Positions 59,874 to 64,000 of a stretch of DNA of 64,000 nucleotides are shown here, in pieces (the first letter of the stretch is position 1; every line of letters starts with the position of its first letter). This stretch comes from Tagaea sp. Lineage in GTDB: Bacteria; Pseudomonadota; Alphaproteobacteria; CACIAM-22H2. The notes below the pieces were generated by a model, which ran no database searches, was not told the origin of the DNA, and was given only the letters and a program-made list of their open reading frames with translations. The DNA is taken from positions 1,440,001 to 1,504,000 of the forward strand of contig CBDIIB010000005.1 in assembly GCA_965279525.1 (NCBI GenBank). Reading direction: 5' to 3'. The position numbers and the translations under genes were made by a program.

Positions 59874-60759
59874 CGCCGAGCGCCGCCTCGCGCCGCGCGA
59901 TATAGAGCGTGCTCGAAACGATGATCGCGGCCCCGGCAAGCGTGTACATGTCGAGCGCTTCGCCGAACACGAACAGGCCGAACGCGGCGGCCAGCACCAT
60001 GCGGCCGTAATCGACCGGCTCGATCGCGGTCGCTTCGGCGATCCGGTAGGCGCGCATCGTGCAGAACTGCCCGCCCGCCCCCATGGCCCCCAGTGCTGCC
60101 GCCCCGGCCCATTCCACCGGCTCGGGCCAGCGCCACACCGCGAGTGCCGGTCCCAGCGACACGAGCGTGGAGAACACGCTGAACCAGAAGACCGTGCACA
60201 CGGCCGTCTCGGTGGCACTCAGGCGCTTGATCGACACCGTCACGCACGCGACGAAGAAACCGCTGAGCAGCGCCACCAGCGCGAACGGGTCGAGCACGCC
60301 CGCACCCGGGCGCACCATGACGACGACGCCCAGGAACCCCACCGCCGTCGCCGTCCAGCGCCGCCAGCGCACGATCTCGCCCAGCATCGTCACCGCGAGC
60401 ACCACGACGAAAAGCTGGCGCACATAACCAAGCGCCACCGCGTCGGCGATCGGCAGGTGCGTGATGGCGATGAACCCGGTCGCCATCGCGGCATAGCCAA
60501 GGATCGTGCGCGCGAAATGCGCGCCGAGGCGCCGTGTGGCGATCTGCGCGAGGCCGCCGGTGCCCAGCACGATCGGGGCGATGATGAAGAGCGCGAACAT
60601 GCAGCGGAAGAACGCGAGCTGCAACGGGTGCATCGTCGAGCCCAACGCCTTGATCAGCGCCTCCATGCTGCCGAACAGCAGCATCGCCGCGAAGGCCCAC
60701 AGGCAGCCGCGCGTGTTGCCGGGCAGGGCCAGGGCCCAGCTCGAAAGCCGCGCGCGCAT
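59848..60759 (-). CDS. DMT (EamA) family transporter
   Basis: FFRC, GEIVRWRRWTATAVGFLGV and multiple TM helices. Confidence 0.9.
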   Translation of the reverse strand: MRARLSSWALALPGNTRGCLWAFAAMLLFGSMEALIKALGSTMHPLQLAFFRCMFALFIIAPIVLGTGGLAQIATRRLGAHFARTILGYAAMATGFIAITHLPIADAVALGYVRQLFVVVLAVTMLGEIVRWRRWTATAVGFLGVVVMVRPGAGVLDPFALVALLSGFFVACVTVSIKRLSATETAVCTVFWFSVFSTLVSLGPALAVWRWPEPVEWAGAAALGAMGAGGQFCTMRAYRIAEATAIEPVDYGRMVLAAAFGLFVFGEALDMYTLAGAAIIVSSTLYIARREAALGVRTRPPAD

Positions 60760-61646
60760 CACCCGCCACCCACGGCGGGCGCCTTGCCCAGTCTGATCTC
60801 GCGATAGGCGATATAGAGCGTGGCGCCGATCAGGATCGCGGAGCCTGCGAGCGTCCAGCCGTCGGGCACCTCGGCGAAGAACAGCCAGCCATAGAGGATC
60901 GCGAAGACGAGGCGCAGATAATCGTACGGCACGACGGCCGACGCCTCGGCCGCGCGGAAGGCCTTCAGCGCCATCCACTGCCCGGTGCTTGCCGAAGCGC
61001 CGATGCCGGCGAGCAGCGCAAGCTCGGTCCAGGTCGGCGTCTGCCACACGAGAAGTGCGGGGCCCAGGCTCGCGATCGACGTGACGATGCCGAAATAGGC
61101 CATGATCGTCGCGTTCTTCTCGCTGCCCTGCAGCTTCTTGACCAGCACGATCACGTCGGCGATCAGGAAGGCGCCCAGCAGGGCCGCGACATGCGCCAGC
61201 TCGAACGTCTGGGTGCCCGGCCGCACGATCACGACGACGCCCAGGAACCCCACCGCCGTCGCCGACCAGCGCCGCCAGCCGACCAGTTCGCCAAGGAACG
61301 TCGCGGCCAGCACGACCGCGAACAGCGGCTTGGCGAACGAGATGGCGGTCGCGTCGGCAAGCGGCAGGCGCGTGAGCGCGTACATGCCGCAGAACATGCC
61401 CGACACGCCGACAAGGGCGCGCACGACGTGCAGGCCCGGCCGCCCTGTCAGGAAAAGTGCCGTGCCGCCGCGCAGGACGAACGGCAGCACGACGAGAAGC
61501 CCGAAGACGCAGCGGAAGAACGCGATCTCGAACGAGTCGAGCCGCATGCCGAGCAGCTTGACGATGGCGCCCTGCGCCGAGAACACGATGCCCGAGGCGA
61601 TCATCCACAAGGCACCTTCGAGATTGCGCCGGCCCGCCTCGTTCAT
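60759..61646 (-). CDS. DMT (EamA) family transporter
   Basis: FFRC, GELVGWRRWSATAVGFLGV and FAEVPD. Confidence 0.9.
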   Translation of the reverse strand: MNEAGRRNLEGALWMIASGIVFSAQGAIVKLLGMRLDSFEIAFFRCVFGLLVVLPFVLRGGTALFLTGRPGLHVVRALVGVSGMFCGMYALTRLPLADATAISFAKPLFAVVLAATFLGELVGWRRWSATAVGFLGVVVIVRPGTQTFELAHVAALLGAFLIADVIVLVKKLQGSEKNATIMAYFGIVTSIASLGPALLVWQTPTWTELALLAGIGASASTGQWMALKAFRAAEASAVVPYDYLRLVFAILYGWLFFAEVPDGWTLAGSAILIGATLYIAYREIRLGKAPAVGGG

Positions 61647-62584
61647 GCCGGCGGCTCGGGCTTGCGCACGGGCGGCGTGCGGCCAAGCTCGGCGGCCTTG
61701 CGCGCGATATAGGCCTCGCGCTGGGCGATGTAGAACGTCGATCCGATGATCACGCCGCCGCCGATCCACGTATAGATGTCGGGCTGCTCGGCGAAGATGA
61801 AATAGGCCATCGTGGCCGAGATCGGCAGGCGCGCGAACTCGAACGGCAGCACGTATGAGGCTTCGCACGCGGCCATCGCGCGCGTGAAGCACTGGTGGCC
61901 GACCGTGGCGCATGCGCCCAGGACGCCGACCAGCATCAGCGCGTCCGCCGACGGCCAGCGCCAGACGAACAGCGCCGGCAGCAACGCCACCGGCAGCATG
62001 TAGAGCGACATGTAGACGATGATGACGTTCGCGTTGTCGGTGCGCGTGAGCTGCTTGACCGTGATCGCGTTCCAGCCGCCAAGGGCCGCCGACGCGAGCA
62101 CCAGCAGGTGCGCGAATTCGAGATCGCCGAACCCCGGCCGGATGACGATCATGGCGCCCGAAAGGCCGATCAGCGTGGCGGTCCAGCGCCGGGCGCGCAC
62201 GACTTCGCCCAGCAGCAATGCTGCGGCCGCCGTGGCGAACAGCGGCGAGGTGAAGCCCAGCGCCGTCGCCTCCGCGATCTCGAGGCTGGCAAGGCCGGTG
62301 AACCAGCACAGCATCGACGCGTAGCCGAGCATCGAGCGGCTCAGATAGAGCTTGTGGCTGGCGGTGGCGAGTGCGCCGATCCCTGCGCGCATCACCCACG
62401 GCATCATGAAGGCAACGCCGATCGCGACGCGGAAGAACGAGATCTGGAACGGGTGCAGCTCGAAGCTCAGCGCCCGGATGATGATGTTCATCCCCGCGAA
62501 AGCGGCGGCGGCGACGGTCATCAGGATGGCACCCTGGATCGGGCCGGGCAGGCCCCGGTACCGGTCGCGCGACCCCTCGAACAT
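61643..62584 (-). CDS. DMT (EamA) family transporter
   Basis: FFRV, GEVVRARRWTAT and FAEQPD. Confidence 0.9.
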   Translation of the reverse strand: MFEGSRDRYRGLPGPIQGAILMTVAAAAFAGMNIIIRALSFELHPFQISFFRVAIGVAFMMPWVMRAGIGALATASHKLYLSRSMLGYASMLCWFTGLASLEIAEATALGFTSPLFATAAAALLLGEVVRARRWTATLIGLSGAMIVIRPGFGDLEFAHLLVLASAALGGWNAITVKQLTRTDNANVIIVYMSLYMLPVALLPALFVWRWPSADALMLVGVLGACATVGHQCFTRAMAACEASYVLPFEFARLPISATMAYFIFAEQPDIYTWIGGGVIIGSTFYIAQREAYIARKAAELGRTPPVRKPEPPA

Positions 62585-62695
62585 GCGGGCGAATTCCTCT
62601 CCGCCGGCAGGTTAGCCCAGCCGTGCCGCGCGCGCGCGGTTATTTCCCGTCAATGCAGGATTGCCCGATGCACAGGTCTCGGCATGAGGGACCGG

Positions 62696-63325
62696 TCAGG
62701 CGACGAGCTTCGCCTCGGTCGCTTTGCGGAATTCGGCGTCGGTCACGCCGTCGGCCAGCTCGACGAGCTTGAGGCCGCCGGGCACCACGTCCATCACGCC
62801 GAGATTCGTGATGATCCGGTTGACCACGGCCTTGCCGGTCAGCGGCAGCGTGCACGCCTTCAGGACCTTGGATTCGCCGGCCTTGTTGGTGTGGTCCATC
62901 ACCACCACGACGCGGCCCACGCCGGCGACGAGGTCCATCGCCCCGCCCATGCCCTTGACGAGCTTGCCCGGGATCATCCAGTTGGCGAGGTCGCCGTTTT
63001 CCGACACTTCCATGGCGCCGAGGATCGCCATCGCGATCTTGCCGCCGCGGATCATCGCGAAGCTCTGCGCGGAATCGAAGAACGACGTCTGCGGCAGCTC
63101 GGTGATCGTCTGCTTGCCGGCATTGATGAGGTCGGGGTCTTCCTCGCCCTCGAACGGGAACGGGCCCATGCCGAGCATGCCGTTCTCCGACTGCAGCGTC
63201 ACTTCCACGCCCTCGGGAATGTAGTTGGACACCAGCGTCGGGATGCCGATGCCGAGATTGACGTACCAGCCGTCCTGCAGTTCCTTGGCGGCGCGTGCGG
63301 CCATCTGATCGCGGTTCCAGGGCAT
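62696..63325 (-). CDS. scoB: 3-oxoacid CoA-transferase subunit B
   Basis: [24 protein letters not shown] (catalytic Glu) and GMGGAMDL. Confidence 0.93.
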   Translation of the reverse strand: MPWNRDQMAARAAKELQDGWYVNLGIGIPTLVSNYIPEGVEVTLQSENGMLGMGPFPFEGEEDPDLINAGKQTITELPQTSFFDSAQSFAMIRGGKIAMAILGAMEVSENGDLANWMIPGKLVKGMGGAMDLVAGVGRVVVVMDHTNKAGESKVLKACTLPLTGKAVVNRIITNLGVMDVVPGGLKLVELADGVTDAEFRKATEAKLVA

Positions 63326-63336
63326 TTGCTTTCTCC

Positions 63337-64000
63337 TCAGGCCGCGCGCTTGCGGGTGGTGCGCTGTTCGATGCGCTTCTCGTGCTTGCCCTGCACGATG
63401 CGGTGCACGTAGATGCCGGGCAGATGGATATGGTCGGGATCGAGCGCGCCCAGCGGCACGATCTCCTCGACCTCGGCCACGCAGACCTTGCCGCAGGTCG
63501 CGGCCGGCGGATTGAAGTTGCGCGCGGCCTTGCGGAACACGAGGTTGCCCGACGGATCGGCCTTCCACGCCTTGACGATGGAAAGGTCGGCGACGTAGCT
63601 GCGCTCGAGAATGTAGGTCTGGCCGTCGAACTCCTTGTGCTCCTTGCCCTCCGCGATCACGGTGCCGACACCGGTGCGCGTGTAGAAGCCGGGAATGCCG
63701 GCGCCGCCCGCGCGCATGCGCTCGGCCAGCGTGCCCTGCGGATTGAATTCGAGTTCGAGCTCGCCTGCGAGATACTGGCGCATGAACTCCGCGTTCTCGC
63801 CCACGTAGGACGAGACCATCTTCTTGACCTGGCGCGTGCCGAGCAGGATGCCGAGGCCGAAGCCGTCGACGCCCGCGTTGTTGGACGCGATCGTCAGGTT
63901 CTTGGTGCCGGCATCGCGGATCGCCGCGATCAGCAGCTCGGGGATGCCGCACAGGCCGAAGCCGCCGGCGGCGATCTGCATCCCGTCGAACAGCAGGCCA
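63337..64000 (-). CDS. scoA: 3-oxoacid CoA-transferase subunit A (5' end outside window)
   Basis: [23 protein letters not shown] and ARNFN. Confidence 0.93.
   Translation of the reverse strand, partial: GLLFDGMQIAAGGFGLCGIPELLIAAIRDAGTKNLTIASNNAGVDGFGLGILLGTRQVKKMVSSYVGENAEFMRQYLAGELELEFNPQGTLAERMRAGGAGIPGFYTRTGVGTVIAEGKEHKEFDGQTYILERSYVADLSIVKAWKADPSGNLVFRKAARNFNPPAATCGKVCVAEVEEIVPLGALDPDHIHLPGIYVHRIVQGKHEKRIEQRTTRKRAA

Overview
A GC-rich alphaproteobacterial chromosome segment, probably Rhodospirillales-like (inferred from gene content). It is densely coding and mostly housekeeping: yejABEF-ghrA, an ETF/hbd/PduO/Mcd-like acyl-CoA cluster, gluQ, coq7, a DsbB family gene, tRNA-Leu(CAA), uup, HU, PBP1A, rlmD, sdhCDAB, three tandem DMT transporters and scoAB. 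Five things are not explained by ordinary annotation. (1) A ~1.5 kb ORF-free gap between rlmD and sdhC whose minus strand reads like a ~800-nt structured RNA, with G.U-containing helices, GNRA tetraloops and a closed 3' domain followed by a U-run. It has clustered DnaA-like boxes and GANTC sites upstream and a possible convergent partner sRNA carrying a complementary hairpin. (2) A frameshifted DUF559 (Vsr-like) nuclease gene bracketed by ~85-90 bp double-hairpin palindromic elements, plus a solo copy 2.4 kb away; these elements supply the stop codons of two host genes. (3) A sigma70 promoter plus boxA-like motif that drives no obvious gene, next to that module. (4) A barnase/barstar pair inside a core metabolic gene run. 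(5) A low-GC orphan membrane-protein islet and a divergent AtzD/barbiturase-family hydrolase. All calls come from reading the sequence and recalling family motifs. No searches or folding programs were run, and start codons were chosen by eye.
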